NCBI RefSeq assembly: GCF_009834535.1
Contig: NC_045725.1
Location: 15,748,001-15,812,000 of the forward strand
Reading direction: 5' to 3'
DNA: 64,000 bases
From: Camelus ferus
Lineage: Eukaryota
A program made the position numbers and the translations under genes. Below, one piece after another: positions 11,972 to 24,815 of this stretch. The number at the start of each line of letters is the position of its first letter. The stretch's first letter is position 1. Below the pieces are notes generated by a model. That model saw nothing but the letters and a program-made list of their open reading frames with translations, ran no database searches and was not told the origin of the DNA.

Positions 11972-12092
11972 CTATTTTATTTTATTTTATTTTATTTTTT
12001 ATTATTATTTTTTAATGGAGGTACTGGGGATTGAACCCAGGACCTTGAGCATGCTAAGCATGTGCTTTATCACTGAGCTATGTCCTCCCCCC
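11972..12092 (-). mobile_element. tRNA(Ala)-derived SINE; upstream unit of a head-to-tail pair
   Basis: ggaggtactggggattgaacccaggaccttgagcatgctaagcatgtgctttatcactgagcta with a (TAAAA)n tail. Confidence 0.92.
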
Positions 12093-13773
12093 CATTTTAG
12101 AATCTGCCTTTCTTAGTGTCCTTCCCTAGGGGTGTGGGCAAGTAAGTGTGGTGGATGCAGTCTAGGGAATACAGCACAACATGGACTAGAAGTGCTGGTC
12201 CTGATTCAACTTGGATAGACCTTGAAAACTGTCAAATGAAAAAGTAAGCAATAAAAGGATGTTTATAGGACAAAAAAAGTTATATAAATGAAAATGCATA
12301 TGCTCAAAATAACACTATACATTTTATAAGAATATGTATCAAATGTGTTAAGAATAGGTGCCCAGGGTGGGAGGGAGGAAATGAAAGTTAAGATTAAGTG
12401 GAGGGTGGGGAAAAAAATAAAACGAGAGATTTGAAGATGAGAGAATGCCATAAACTGAGGCGAATGGATAATTCAACTCCCTGAAGCTGGGATACAAAAG
12501 GAAATAAATTGAAATACTTAAAATAGAAACTAAATTCTTTGACACAGCTCTTTTCCTTGCTTGTTTTCCTCTGCCAATGACTTAGAATGATTTTAGGCAT
12601 AAGCAGAGCAATTCCTAATGTGCTGTACAAACTATTTCAGTGGCTTCTTTTCTCAAGCAGGTTTCCTAGAAAGGCTGTTGGATTTGTAGGGCAGGTCACA
12701 CAGAGGCGGAACACAAGTGCCGTCGTTGCTAGAGGGGAATGGGACCTGCCCTGTTGGGGTGGTGAGGCAAGCAACTCTGCCTTGTCTGAAAGAATAGAGT
12801 CCTTATTAAAGTAACAATATAAATTAGCAAAATGTTATAAGAATTATAGGCAGTCTCCAATTTGTGAACATACGTTCATTTTTAAATTGAATTTTGAGAA
12901 CATTCAAGCTTTCCTCTATAGGAACAATGCTATAAATCGTAGTTATATACCCGGTATTTGCTAGAACACACACACCACATAGCTGAAACAGGATAGGAGT
13001 GGAGCTCACTTGGGTTCTGAGTCTTGGGAATCAGGAGAAGGAAAAGAAGGAAGACTTCCAAGGCTGACTGTAATTAAAATGTTGAACTAAATGAAGTTCA
13101 CATTTGTCACTCTGATGTTTCTTTCTTATGTCTCTTGCTTTCTTCGCTGTACATTATAATGGGAGTATTCTTCTTGTTGCAATAAAGCTTATGATCATTT
13201 TTAAATGGCTGCAGAAATTTCCATACAATGGGTAGATGATCATCCTTTGCTTAGCGGTTTCTCTATTGCTGACGATCAGGTCCACACTCCTTTTCTGCCC
13301 ACTTTATTCCCCCCGGGTACCTCCTTTCCTGGCCCCTGTTACACATTCTCTAGTTACTCTGAGCACTTCCCCTCCCAGACCCCTAAAGCACTCCATTTTC
13401 CAAACTTACTTGACTTTCTGCTCTCTCAACCCAAGCTCTTGTTTATTCAGTGCAGCTGACTTCTGCAAAGATTCGTTGGAAGCTTTGAACTGAACTCAGT
13501 CATGCTTATGTATCAATGGCTAGTAGACCTCTAACCAGTCCAGAGTTATTCACATTGTTAAAAGAAGATGCTCGTTAATCCAAATTAATCTTTGCATTGA
13601 GCCAGCTGAGCAAATCAAAAGGAAAGTTTCCTGTTAGGGTAGAAAAAGATTGGATCAGGGTGATCACCTTACAAATAGGCTAATCCTGCTTGGGAATCTT
13701 TCCTCTAACCAAGTCCCCTAAGATATTGCTGGGTTTGCTGGGTTTGCACAGTTGATTTCATTCCTTTAGTCTT

Positions 13774-14442
13774 TTTTTTTTTTTTTTTTTTTACATTTTT
13801 TTGAGTTATAGTCATTTTACAATGTTGTGTCAAATTCCAGTGTAGAGCACAATTTTTCAGTTATACATGAACATACATATATTCATTGTCACATTTTTTT
13901 TTCACTGTGAGCTACCACAAGATCTTGCATATATTTCCCTGTGCTATACAGTGTAATCTTGTTTATCTATTCTGCATATGCCTGTCAGTATCTACAAATT
14001 TTGAAATCCCAGTCTGTCCCTTCCCACGCTCCTCCCTCTTGGCAACCACAAGTTTGTAGTCTATGTCTATGAGTCTGTTTCTGTTTTGTATTTATGTTTT
14101 TTTTTTTTTTTTTTTTTTAGATTCCACATATTAGTGATCTCATATGGTATTTTTCTTTCTCTTTCTGGCTTACTTCACTTAGAATGACATTCTCCAGGGA
14201 CATCCATGTTGCTGCAAATGGCATTATGTTGTCATTTTTTATGGCTGAGTAGTATTCCACTGTATAAATATACCACATCTTCTTTATCCAGTCATCTGTC
14301 GATGGACATTTAGGCTGTTTCTGTGCCTTGGCTATTGTAAATAGTGCTGCTATGAACATTGGGGTGCAGGTGTCTTTTTGAAGTAGGGTTCCTTCTGGAT
14401 ACATACCCAGGAGTGGGATTACTGGGTCATATGGTAAGTCTA
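13774..14442 (-). mobile_element. Young L1, 5'-truncated: ORF2 C-terminus plus 3' UTR and poly-A
   Basis: ORF 14404-14117 YPEGTLLQKDTCTPMFIAALFTIAK..KQPKCPSTDDWIKKMWYIYT.EYYSAIK is the L1 ORF2 C-terminus. TSD ttcattccttta(g/c)tctt at 13757-13773 and 14443-14459. Confidence 0.96.
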
Positions 14443-14589
14443 TTCATTCCTTTACTCTTGATCCTGTAGATCCTCTAAGCAGCAGTTTTTGTTTTTCCCT
14501 CCCCTCCTCTTTAATGGTTTCCATGTGGCATTGGTTGCCATTGAGAAGGGGAGAGAGGTGTCAAAGCTGTCTTTTGTTTTTTTCCTCTT

Positions 14590-14713
14590 TTTTTGGTGGG
14601 GAGGGGTTGTGGTAATCAAGTTTATTATTTTTTTTATTTAATGGAGGTACTGGGGATTGAACCCAGGACCTTGTGCATGCTGTGCTCTACCATTGGGCTA
14701 TATCCTCCCCCCC
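14590..14713 (-). mobile_element. tRNA(Ala)-derived SINE
   Basis: ggaggtactggggattgaacccaggaccttgtgcatgctgtgctctaccattgggcta (small internal deletion). Confidence 0.9.
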
Positions 14714-15559
14714 GTCTTTTCTAACTGAGGGTTTATTGGTAAATTGGGAATGGTCTCTCCTAAAAAAGCTTAATAAGCAAATAAAAAGAATAAGAGTAAA
14801 GCAAATACAAAGTAGAGTTCAAGTCATTTGTTTTCCTAAATGTCTGCAGTTGGCAATACGGTGTAACCTAGACTTTCCTTATATCATTTCAGTGCATGTG
14901 TGTGTTGCAGTGGGAAAGGGCTGCTGGAAGCTAGGACAGGTCTAAGCAGGCAAGGGCTTAGGTCCAGAGGTCAGCAAGGAGCAGATTTATCTGGACCAGT
15001 GCTAATTATCTCAGCCCAAAGGAATCCACATTCAAATCTGTTTATACTTTCACAGGAGGGGGGTGATCATCATCAGATGCCACAAAAACTTGAAAGCGTT
15101 GAGGCCAGGAAGAGAGGCTGGGAATATCTCCCTCGAATGGAGATGCTAAGAGCACAGATCTTTGCTTCTGCTCTGGTCATTATCCCAAGACAACTTCGGT
15201 GGGATTGTTGCGAAGCCAGAGCCTCACTGAGTCACCGGCAAGGCGTGTATTCCATCTGACTCATTTCAGTCCACTCATTTTCTTTATTCTGTCAGAGATC
15301 TCAGTCCTCCTGTGGTCCTGTGCCCTTTTTTAGGACAAACACATCTTCTTTCTGACTTGGTTGCTCCTAACTCTTTCCACAGGTTTCTTTATTGTCTCAT
15401 CAAAAAGAAACCCTCAGAAATGTGGTTTCACAAACCTGCAGCTCATTTCTGCTGTGACCCAATCACACTGCTGCCATCTCTCCCTCCTCCAAGGCAGACC
15501 TCTTCATCCATACATCTCCTTCTCCTCCTTGCCTTCCTCGCCCTCCTCCTCTTCTTCAT

Positions 15560-16960
15560 TAAACGGTTTTACACACTGAGGTTTAATGGACACACAATAC
15601 ACAGCACCTATGTAAATCATGTAATTTGATGTTTTGGTATGTGAAGTCATCAGTGAAACTGTGACCTCGTCACCACAGTTAAGATAGTGAACATGACGAT
15701 CACCTCCAAAGATTTCCTTATACCCCTTGATAATCTTTCCCACTGCCCTCTCTTCAGCCAATCACTAATCTGCTTCCTGTCACTGCAGGTTAGTTTTATA
15801 AGGGGAATGAATGTAGAGTATGCTCTCTTTTGTTTGCCTTCCCTCACACGGCATAATTATTTTGAGATTCATCCATGTTTCTGCGTGCATACTGGTCTTT
15901 GTAAGGACGTGGCTTTTTTTCTTGGGTTCATGTCTAGGAGTGAAATGGCTGCATCATGTGGTGGATGCATGTTCAGCTTTTTAAGAAACTGGCAAATTGT
16001 TTTCCAAGGAAGTTGTAACATTGTTGCATTCTCAGCAGCAATGTGTGAGAATTCCAGTTGTCCACATCCTTGTCATCACTTGTTATGGTCAGTCTTGTTT
16101 TTNNNNNNNNNNNNNNNNNNNNNNNNNNNNNNNNNNNNNNNNNNNNNNNNNNNNNNNNNNNNNNNNNNNNNNNNNNNNNNNNNNNNNNNNNNNNNNNNNN
16201 NNNNNNNNNNNNNNNNNNNNNNNNNNNNNNNNNNNNNNNNNNNNNTCCATTTGGGGAGAGGTTGTTTGTTTTCTTCTTACCAGGTTTTGGGGATTATGTA
16301 TTCTGGATATAAGTTATCAGGCATATGATCTGCAAATATTTTCTCCCAGTCTGTGGTTTGTCTTTTCATTCCCCTGTCTTTTGAAGAGCAGATGTTTACA
16401 GTTTTGATGAAATACAATTTATCAATTTATTTTTAATGGATGTTGCTTTTAGTATCATCTGTAAGAAATATTTACCTAACCCAAAGTTACAAAGATTTTC
16501 TCTTATGTATTCTCTGAAAGTTTTATAATTTTAGGTTTTAAGTCTATGGATGTTTTAAATTAATTTTTTGTACATAGTGTGAGGTATTGAGAGTTCTTTT
16601 TTTTTTTTTTTTAACGCAGATATTTAGTTGTTCAGGCAGTATTTGTTGAAAAGACTAGTCTTTCTCCACAGAACTGCCTTAGCATCTTTGTCAAAAATCA
16701 ATTTTTTTACAATATATTTGTGGCTTTCTTTCTAGACTCTGTTTTATTGATCTAGTTTGATGTCAGTAACACTTCTCATGATTACTGTAGCTTTATGTCA
16801 AGTCTTGAAATTGAGCACTGATAGTTTTCCAATTTTGATTCATTCTAAAATTGTCTTAGCTATTCTAGGTCATTTGCATTTTCATATGAATGTCAATTTA
16901 TACAAAAAGTCTGCTGAGATTTCTGTAGGGATTGTATTATATTTATAGAGCTGTTTGAGG
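15560..16960 (-). mobile_element. Old L1M (MB/MC-like) ORF2 3' part and 3' UTR, contains gap 16103-16245
   Basis: Antisense L1 motifs: ttttgagattcatccatgtt, tttttaagaaactggcaaattgttttcca, tgcaaatattttctcccagtctgtgg, atttgttgaaaagact, ctttgtcaaaaatca. Confidence 0.85.
16103..16245. other. Assembly gap (N)
   Basis: N run. Confidence 1.
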
Positions 16961-17222
16961 ATAATTGATTTCTTACATCAGGTTTTTCAACCCACCTTCA
17001 TCAGTTCTTCATTTGAATTATAGTGCTTTTTATGTTAAGTTGGGTATTTTATAGCTTAGTTTTCTACTGACAAAATTATTTCTTCAGGGAGCTATGGCTT
17101 ACTCTTTCCAAATATGTAAAACTTATTTTTGGATGAAACAATTTTAAGCAAACACAATTACTTATTTACAATGGCATTTTTATTTTTAAAGTTAAAAATT
17201 GGAACATTAAAAAATGCTAAAA

Positions 17223-17369
17223 GGCGGGAGGTGGTAGAGCGCATATTTAGCATACACGTCCCGGGTTCAATCCCCCGTACCGCCTCTAAAAATAAATAAA
17301 TAAATAAATAAGTAAATAAACCTACTTACATCACCCCCAAAACTAATAAAATTTTTTTTAAAAAAAAAA
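17223..17369 (+). mobile_element. tRNA(Ala)-derived SINE, diverged, with (TAAA)n
   Basis: ggtggtagagcgcatatttagcatacacgtcccgggttcaatccccc then (taaa)n; aaaaaatgc occurs on both flanks (probable TSD). Confidence 0.88.
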
Positions 17370-17392
17370 TGCCAGGATACCACTTCCGATGG

Positions 17393-17765
17393 TCTGTCGG
17401 ATGTGTGGAGTGCCTCTCAGACGCCCCCTTCAGATCCGAGGCCCTCATCCTCTGGCTGCTGGGAGTATTGGTGGTTGACGGCTCTCATCGAGCCTCTCTG
17501 GGGATTGCCCTCAGCCGACCACGGGACTCAAGGCCACAGCCCGTCCCCAGAGGCAGTACACATCCAATGACTAGTCCATAAGGCCTGACCTCCTTGCCTA
17601 AAGACAGAACCACTCTGAAGGGCTGCAGAAGCCGCACAGCTCCTGGTGGGATCAGCCGAGGCCTCTGTGATGTCAAAGTTCAACCCCTCCCCCACCCAGT
17701 AGACGTCCTGCCCTCTAATCTCCATCTCAGACAGTCTGTCTCCCAGGGAATCCAAGTGAAGACAA
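17393..17765 (+). mobile_element. ERVL LTR16-like solo LTR
   Basis: cagacgcccccttcagatccgaggccctcatcctctggctgctgggagtattgg..gcagtacacatccaatgactag..ccatctcagacagtctgtctcccaggga resembles the recalled LTR16 consensus. Confidence 0.7.
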
Positions 17766-18490
17766 ACGATAATTTCCTAATCAGCTCGCAGTTAATGCAA
17801 GGGCTTAAAGGAATGGAGATAGAGACCCAGGGCCAGCCCACAGGGCCCAGAGATGAGATGTGGCAAAAACCGGAAGCCAACTATTTTGACTGTTGGCTTA
17901 TGGTCAAAGTCACATCCTTCACTTAGAAGGACTTTTCCCTTTGACATGTCACCTTATGAAACCATCTTGACTTTGGGAGGAGTGGAAAGCCCCTGGCAGG
18001 CTTCTGCGTCCTTGGTGGGGCAGGGACACGGAGGGCACGCGGCAGAGAGAGAGAGAAAGAGGGACTTTCTGTACAGGCTAATTGACGCTGGCTGGAGAAG
18101 CTCACCCTCTGGGCACAGGGCATCACAGTTGGAGGGGCCGCCGGTAGGGGAGGGCTCACTTTATTAACTGTTCTCAACTCCTGTTTGATGGGCCCAGGAG
18201 TGTGAGCCGGGAAGCAGGAGGAAATAGTACCAAAAACCACTGTAAAATTAAACATTGTGATCCTCAAACATGGTTTTAGTCACTTATTGATGCTAATAAA
18301 ACCTAGAGTGATCAGAACTGACAGGTGGCGACCAGGATCCTCAAGGAGGCATTTCTCCACGGCTCTTCTCTGAGACAGGAGCCAGCATTCCGCCTTCCGT
18401 TTTGACATAAATCCTTCCCTACTGTGATTCCTCTTGGAATCACCCCACATTAAAAAAAAAAGTTAGAATAGGGCCTTTAAAAACAGCCTT

Positions 18491-18585
18491 AGGGTGGTGG
18501 GTAGTTATGGCTCAGTAGTAGAGTGTGTGCTTAGCATGCTATGAGGTCCAGGGTTCAATCCCAGCACCTCCATTAGAAAAAAAAG
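18491..18585 (+). mobile_element. tRNA(Ala)-derived SINE, short-tailed
   Basis: tatggctcagtagtagagtgtgtgcttagcatgctatgaggtccagggttcaatcccagcacctcc plus A-tail. Confidence 0.9.
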
Positions 18586-21454
18586 TCAAAAAACCATTGG
18601 TCAGCCCATGTAAATGAGTTTCACTTTATACAGCAGATATATTTATGTAAATTTAATTATATAATCATGACTAATAAATAATTGTATTATAAAGTCATTT
18701 CACCTGTTTTCCCTCCTTCGTTTGACATTTGCAACAATCTATGGCAGAGGAGGAAACTAAAGTTGAAAGAGGTCACTGGCTGGTACTGGGCCTCTTAGTA
18801 AGTGGATGAACTTGAACTTAAACTTGGGTCCACAGACACTAACACCGGTGTTATTTCCTTCCCTTAAAAGCACTAGAAGAATTTACCTTCCAGAAGACTC
18901 CTCCATAAGTCTGTATCAGTCTGGGTGTTCATCTGTTCCGAGGTGGAGCCAGCTGCTCTCTTTGAAGGAACACAAATTTCAAGACTTTCTCATAGGAAAA
19001 TGAACAATGAAGGAACCATCACCGTGGTGCCCTAGGTGAGTGGGAGATTGGCAGGCACCAAGGTTTCCACACTTGCCTAGCTGGCTTGCTGTGGGATACC
19101 AGCATTACGCACATTCCTAATGAAAGTCCTGGAGATGTTTTACCAGCAAAACTACCTTGGCAGTGGGAGGGGAGGCTCCCTGAGGAGGGGTTGGGGGGAC
19201 GGGACAGGAGGTGCTGTGGAAGAGGAGCTGCAAGCGAGGCCTGCACGCGCTCCAGCTGCCACTCGGTGAGGCAGGCCCAGAGGGTTCTGGAAGGAACAGA
19301 GGACCCAGTGTGAAACCAGGCCCTTCCCAGCCCCACTTCATTTAATCCTCACTCCGCTGCAGTGAGTTTTCCTTTCTTTTATTTCAAGTGTGGAAACAGA
19401 TTTTAAGAGGCTGAATTATCAAAGGTCAGAACAATTAGTGGGATATGAGCGCAGGTCTCTCTGATTCCAAATCTGTTGTGTTTAATCACTTGGTTTATAT
19501 TGAGTATAGAGGTAGGCAGGATAGTGAACTGCTTTGCATACCTGCAGGCTCGTATTTAAAATATTTCTTCAACATTTACCTAGTGGAAAAGTTCAGGCTT
19601 GGTGGGGGGGTTGACAGGTGGGGGCAGCATCCAGCGTGGATACAACACCTCCTCCCTCTGTGTGAGGCAGACAGGGCAGCTCTGGGTTCACCTGAGCCCA
19701 GTGTTGGGAGGGATGTCTTCCCCACCCTAAGCAGCCCATCAGAGTATCCCTTACAAGGACGAGCAGTTCGGCCCCTGAGAGGCAGCCTTGTAAACAACGC
19801 TGCCAGGGAGATGGCAGTGCTGAAGGCCGGATCCCTGGGCACTACCCTGTTTCCCCATGTGGTCAGACCACAGACCACATCCGTGGACACTCTGGAGAAG
19901 TCTCACATTCTGTCTATTGGCTTTGTTCATCATGGCCTGTGTCTATGCTCCGTTCAGGGCTGGCAGCCTACCTGGAAATGCTGGCCCCACTGGCCAGATG
20001 GCTCCACCTGGCCCTCCTCCATCTGGCTGTATTGCTCCTGTTCTGCAGCAGGGGTACAAGCACCCCTTTCTCAGCCAGGAGAACAGGAGTCAGGGGACCT
20101 GGTGACTGTTACCTGCTTGGGTGGCTTCCTCCCAAGAGACATCGCCTGCTTTCCCTTAGATTGCCAACCGCCCCAGGAAATCAGAGGACATCCTGCATCC
20201 ATCCACCTTAATCTGAAGGAAGTTTGGATTACAGGAAGACCATCCTCGAGGAAGTGTGCCCCAGGATTTGCACAAGATGATAAATAACCAAAAGCCTACT
20301 GCTTGCATTTTATTTGCTGTCTGTAAATCATCTACATATTTGATTGAGGCTGCTCTTCATGCATAGGTGAATGGGAAGTGAACTGAATATTTTTTAAAAC
20401 TAACTTTATACAATAATTCAGACATTTTTCCATCAAGGAATTAGTAGTCTACCAAGATTTCAGTCCACGGTGTGGGACAAATCTTATGTGCCCAAGCCAA
20501 TTTCAACATTTGGAAAAGATAAGGTGAGAATTTGTGCACAAGTGAGTATGGGTGTATGGGGATAAAAGGAGAGAAAGGAGCAAAGATGACCAGAGGTGAC
20601 TGGCAAGGAAGGAAGACCCAAGAAAAGCCTGCACCCGCTATGATGTGCTCATCGGAATGCTAATAATTATTAGAGGAAAGGAGACACAGAAGATGAATGT
20701 CCTGTCCCCTTTGGTGAGACGTAAGTCAGCTAGCCATGCCAGGGAGCCTGTCCTAATCTGTGCAAAGCAGGAAGGGCTATTGCCTGGTATTTACAAGATT
20801 CATCTATGCTCTAAAGATATGCAGATTATTCCATGAGTGAGAGACTCTGGAAGAATGCTCAGCTGGTGCTGGCAGAGATTGAATTTCCTGGAGGAAGATG
20901 GATCATCCTAGCCTGCAGATGTATACATGATTTCCCAGTGCCTACTGGTGAGTTTGAACAAATTCTATGAAGACAAATCAGCGAACACTATTAAGGAGTG
21001 TCATGAAGTCTAGGGGAAGATACTGGTGCAGTGGGTCTGGCCACCACAGGGGCAGGTAGGAAGGTCTGGAACATCTGGCTGTGAATGTAACATCTGAATG
21101 ATACGGTGTTATTCATCATGGTGTCAATTTTCCCTTCTTTTGTTCTGGAATAAGTCTCTCATGCATAACAAGTTGATACTCTAATAAGGATTTAATTAAT
21201 GGTTTTCCAATTCCTTTGAGAAAGAGAAATTAAATTAATTAAAGCAGGAAAGTGGACAGAAAAAGCAAGTGGCTTAGCCAAGATCTCATAGCTCAGTGGC
21301 ACCTAACTTGAGGTTTTTGACTCTAGTAAACGATCCAAAGGAATGTTACTGCTGCCTTCTCTCCTTGTATCAGTTTCTTTCCACCCAAAATGTTGGGGTG
21401 ACCAGCAGGATTCTTGTTTTTTTCTGGTCTTTTCAGAAAGCAAGAGGCCATTTT

Positions 21455-21930
21455 TTTTTTGTACACAAATGTTCGTAGTAGCATTATTTGTAATAGCCAA
21501 AAAAGGAAACAATCTAAATGTCCATCAACTGAAGGATGGTTAAACAAAATATGGGGTGTCCATGCAATGGTGTATCATTCAGTCATAAAAAGGAGTCGAG
21601 TTCTGATACATGCTGCAATGTGGATGCACTTTGAAAACATTGTGCTAAGATAAAGTCGGTCCCCAAAGACCACATGTTGTTATGATTCCATCTATCTGGA
21701 ATAGAATCTATTTGGAAATGTCCAAAATAGGCAAATCTATAGAAACAAAGTTGTTTGTTGGCTACCTTGGGCTGAGGAGCTTGGGGGTGGGGGGTGGTAC
21801 AAGGTTTCTTTTTGAGGTGATGAAAATGTTCAGAAATTGTGTGAGTGGTTGTAAAACTGTGAATATACAAAAAAACCCGTTACATTGTACACTTTCAGTG
21901 AGTGAATTGTATATCAATTACATCTCAGTC
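21455..21930 (+). mobile_element. Old L1M (MB-like) 3' end
   Basis: tgtacacaaatgttcgtagtagcattatttgtaatagcc..aaatgtccatcaactga..atctatagaaacaaag..gtgatgaaaatgttc..tatatcaattacatctca. Confidence 0.85.
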
Positions 21931-23223
21931 AAATGGTTCAAAACAAGTAACGAGAGACCAGGGGTGTTGCCGATGGGAAGCCTCACTTGGTTTGCACCTC
22001 TTGGCATAGTCCTGGGACCAGAGCTGAGTGTAAGAGGTGAAGGGAGGAGCCTGGACTGGACACCTCCGAGGCTGGAGCCGGGAGGCATTCACTAACTGAA
22101 TGCAAATACTGAAATTCTTGCCTCTTTGTTAATGCCCAGTCAGGGAGGGGAAAGAGAAAAGCGTTTGGCTTAAGTCTTAGGGTTTGGAGCTGGGAAGCGT
22201 TTTTGAGGGTGACTCAAAGCAATTTCAAAATTAGGCTTAAATAGAATCAGCACTGCTGTGTATTTGCAAATCTCTTAACCCTTCATCTGGGATCTCATTC
22301 GAAGTCTCAGTGCTGAGGTGTTGAGAAGGGGAGAATCTCATTTGATACTCAAGAAGGAAACCCAGAAGAGGAAACCAGTTCCCTCGAAGAAATGTTATCT
22401 CCTATTGTTGTATGTGGCATTGTAAGTTAAATGTGACGATTTCTCCAGCAGCAAAGCTCACAAGACACTGAAATGAATGGTCTCTGTGAAGAGGTGGAAA
22501 CCTTTGTGTATGGGGACACATGGGAATTAGATGCAACCCATTATGAGACTGGGATGTGGATTATTTGGCCTCTGAAAAACCCGAGGTCAGTGGAAGCTGC
22601 AGTTTCACCTGTTGAAGGATCAAGTTCAAGTGTGGTCTAGTGGGATAAACACAGTCAAATGAGTCATTCCACTCAACATTTAAAAATTTTTTTTTAACTT
22701 TTTAATTTATTCTTTAAATTTTTATTATTTAAAAATTTTTATTTTTAATTTAAAATTATTATTAATTAATTGATTCAAAAATTTTATTTATTTTCTTGTT
22801 TTTTAAAAATATATTCCACTCGAGTTTTAAACCAACTCTTGTTACACCAGTATATTGTGTTATGCTGGGATAAGCCACTTGCCTCTACAAATCTGGTGCA
22901 AAATTGTGAGCAAGGGCTGGTTTTGAAAGAAATGGTGAAGCCATCTTCTGTTTTCCCCCAGCACCCTTGTATTTTAGTTCCTTAGTATCCTGGCCTGGCT
23001 CAAGAAGAGAATGGCTTAGGCTAAAACAATCTGATAAACAAATTCATATTAAAATGTATGGGACTAAGAGTTATTTAATGTGTTGCATTTTAAGAAAGGA
23101 AGTCAGTTGCCTTAAGGAACAATTTAATGAACTCATACCTCATTGCGCTAGAATTTTTTGTTTTGTTTTATTTTGTTTTAGGTTGGTGGGCCTTCTGGAT
23201 GCTTCTTAATTGACATCAGCTAG

Positions 23224-23385
23224 ACCAGTGCATCTCCAATTTGAATGTACAGGTAAACCACCTGATACTCTCATTAAACTTGACTCTAATTCAGTATGTC
23301 TGGGTGGGGCTCTCGTGAGATTCTGCGTTTCTAACAAGCGCCCTTGGGCTGCTAACATGGCCAGTGGGGACCACCTTTTGAGTAG
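23224..23385. mobile_element. MER5A-like hAT-Charlie DNA transposon
   Basis: cagtgcatctccaatttgaatgtaca..tctaattcagtatgtctgggtggggc..gattctgcgtttctaacaagc..ggaccaccttttgagtag. Confidence 0.8.
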
Positions 23386-23564
23386 AGGGGCCTGGACTGA
23401 CCACCACCCTCCATTCAGCAGCACTAATACATGCAGGAAGGAGATGAGTTCCTCTTTCTTGGAGTCCCCTTGACAGCAGCAACTGTGTCATAGTTGCTCC
23501 ATTTTCATCTCGGTTTCTACCTCTCCTCACTTTAGCACTGTGCTTGGCATAAAGAAGGCACATT

Positions 23565-23950
23565 TTTTTTTTTGCCTGAAGAATTCATTTTTATCTTTTA
23601 TTGAAGTATAGTCAGTTTACAATGTTGTGTTAATTTCTGGGGTACAGCATAGTGATTCAGTAATACACACACACACACGTATATATATATTCCTTTTCAT
23701 ATCCTTTTTCAGTATAGGCTATTACAAGGCATTGAATATAGTTCCCTGTGCTATACAGTAGGAGCTTGTTGTTTGTCTGTTTTACATATAGTAGTTTGTA
23801 TCTGCAAATCTCAAACCCCAGTTTTTTCCCCTACCCTTTTCCCCCCTGGTAACCATAAGTTTGTTTTCTATGTCTGTGGGACTGTTTCTGTTTTCTAAAT
23901 AAGTTCGTTTGTTTAGATTCCACATATAGGTGATATCATATGGTCTTACT
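23565..23950 (-). mobile_element. L1 3' end, older artiodactyl-type subfamily
   Basis: T-tract then ttttattgaagtatagtcagtttacaatgttgtgttaatttctgg...gtaaccataagtttgttttctatgtctgtg...tagattccacatata; related to but diverged from the young L1 3' UTR. Confidence 0.85.
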
Positions 23951-24179
23951 TTTAATGTTGGACTATGAGCAGTCAGCCCTGAAGGTGATCAGATAAAGTC
24001 ATGAACTCTGAGAGTTCATGATACCTCTGCTCCTGCTTGGCCACATGGTGTAAACTGGTGCTTTTCACCCCCTACTGCAGATTAGGGGAATTTAAGACAT
24101 AACCAATGCCCGGGTACACCCCAGTGCTCTGATTTAATTGAACTGTTCTGGGGCCTTTGTATGGATGGATAATTTTAGA

Positions 24180-24314
24180 NNNNNNNNNNNNNNNNNNNNN
24201 NNNNNNNNNNNNNNNNNNNNNNNNNNNNNNNNNNNNNNNNNNNNNNNNNNNNNNNNNNNNNNNNNNNNNNNNNNNNNNNNNNNNNNNNNNNNNNNNNNNN
24301 NNNNNNNNNNNNNN
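24180..24314. other. Assembly gap (N)
   Basis: N run. Confidence 1.
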
Positions 24315-24815
24315 CATTAGTCATTAGGGAAAGGAAAATCAAGGCCACAGTGAGATAACACTTTATACCTAATAAGATGGTTAAAATAAGAAAAAAGACA
24401 GGACGTGCTGGTGAGGACATGGAGGAATCAGAACCTGGATACCCTGCTGGTGGAAATGTAAAATGGTGCAGCTGCTTTGGAAAATAGTTTGGCAGTTCCT
24501 CAAAAAGTTAAATATGGAATTGCCACATGACCCAGAAATTTCATTCCTGGGTAGTTAGTACCCCAGAGAATTGAAGACATATGTTCNNNNNNNNNNNNNN
24601 NNNNNNNNNNNNNNNNNNNNNNNNNNNNNNNNNNNNNNNNNNNNNNNNNNNNNNNNNNNNNNNNNNNNNNNNNNNNNNNNNNNNNNNNNNNNNNNNNNNN
24701 NNNNNNNNNNNNNNNNNNNNNNNNNNNNNNNNNNNNNNNNNNNNNNNNNNNNNNNNNNNNNNNNNNNNNNNNNNNNNNNNNNNNNNNNNNNNNNNNNNNT
24801 ATTGTATGGTATGGT
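24315..24815 (+). mobile_element. Old L1M ORF2 3' fragment between and across gaps
   Basis: ggtgaggacatggaggaatcagaacc..ctggtggaaatgtaaaatggtgcagctgctttggaaaatagtttggcagttcctcaaaaagttaaa. Confidence 0.85.
24587..24800. other. Assembly gap (N)
   Basis: N run. Confidence 1.

Noticed and set aside
14117-14404. 95-aa ORF as a host gene exon
   Set aside because: It is the L1 ORF2 C-terminus in a 5'-truncated element.
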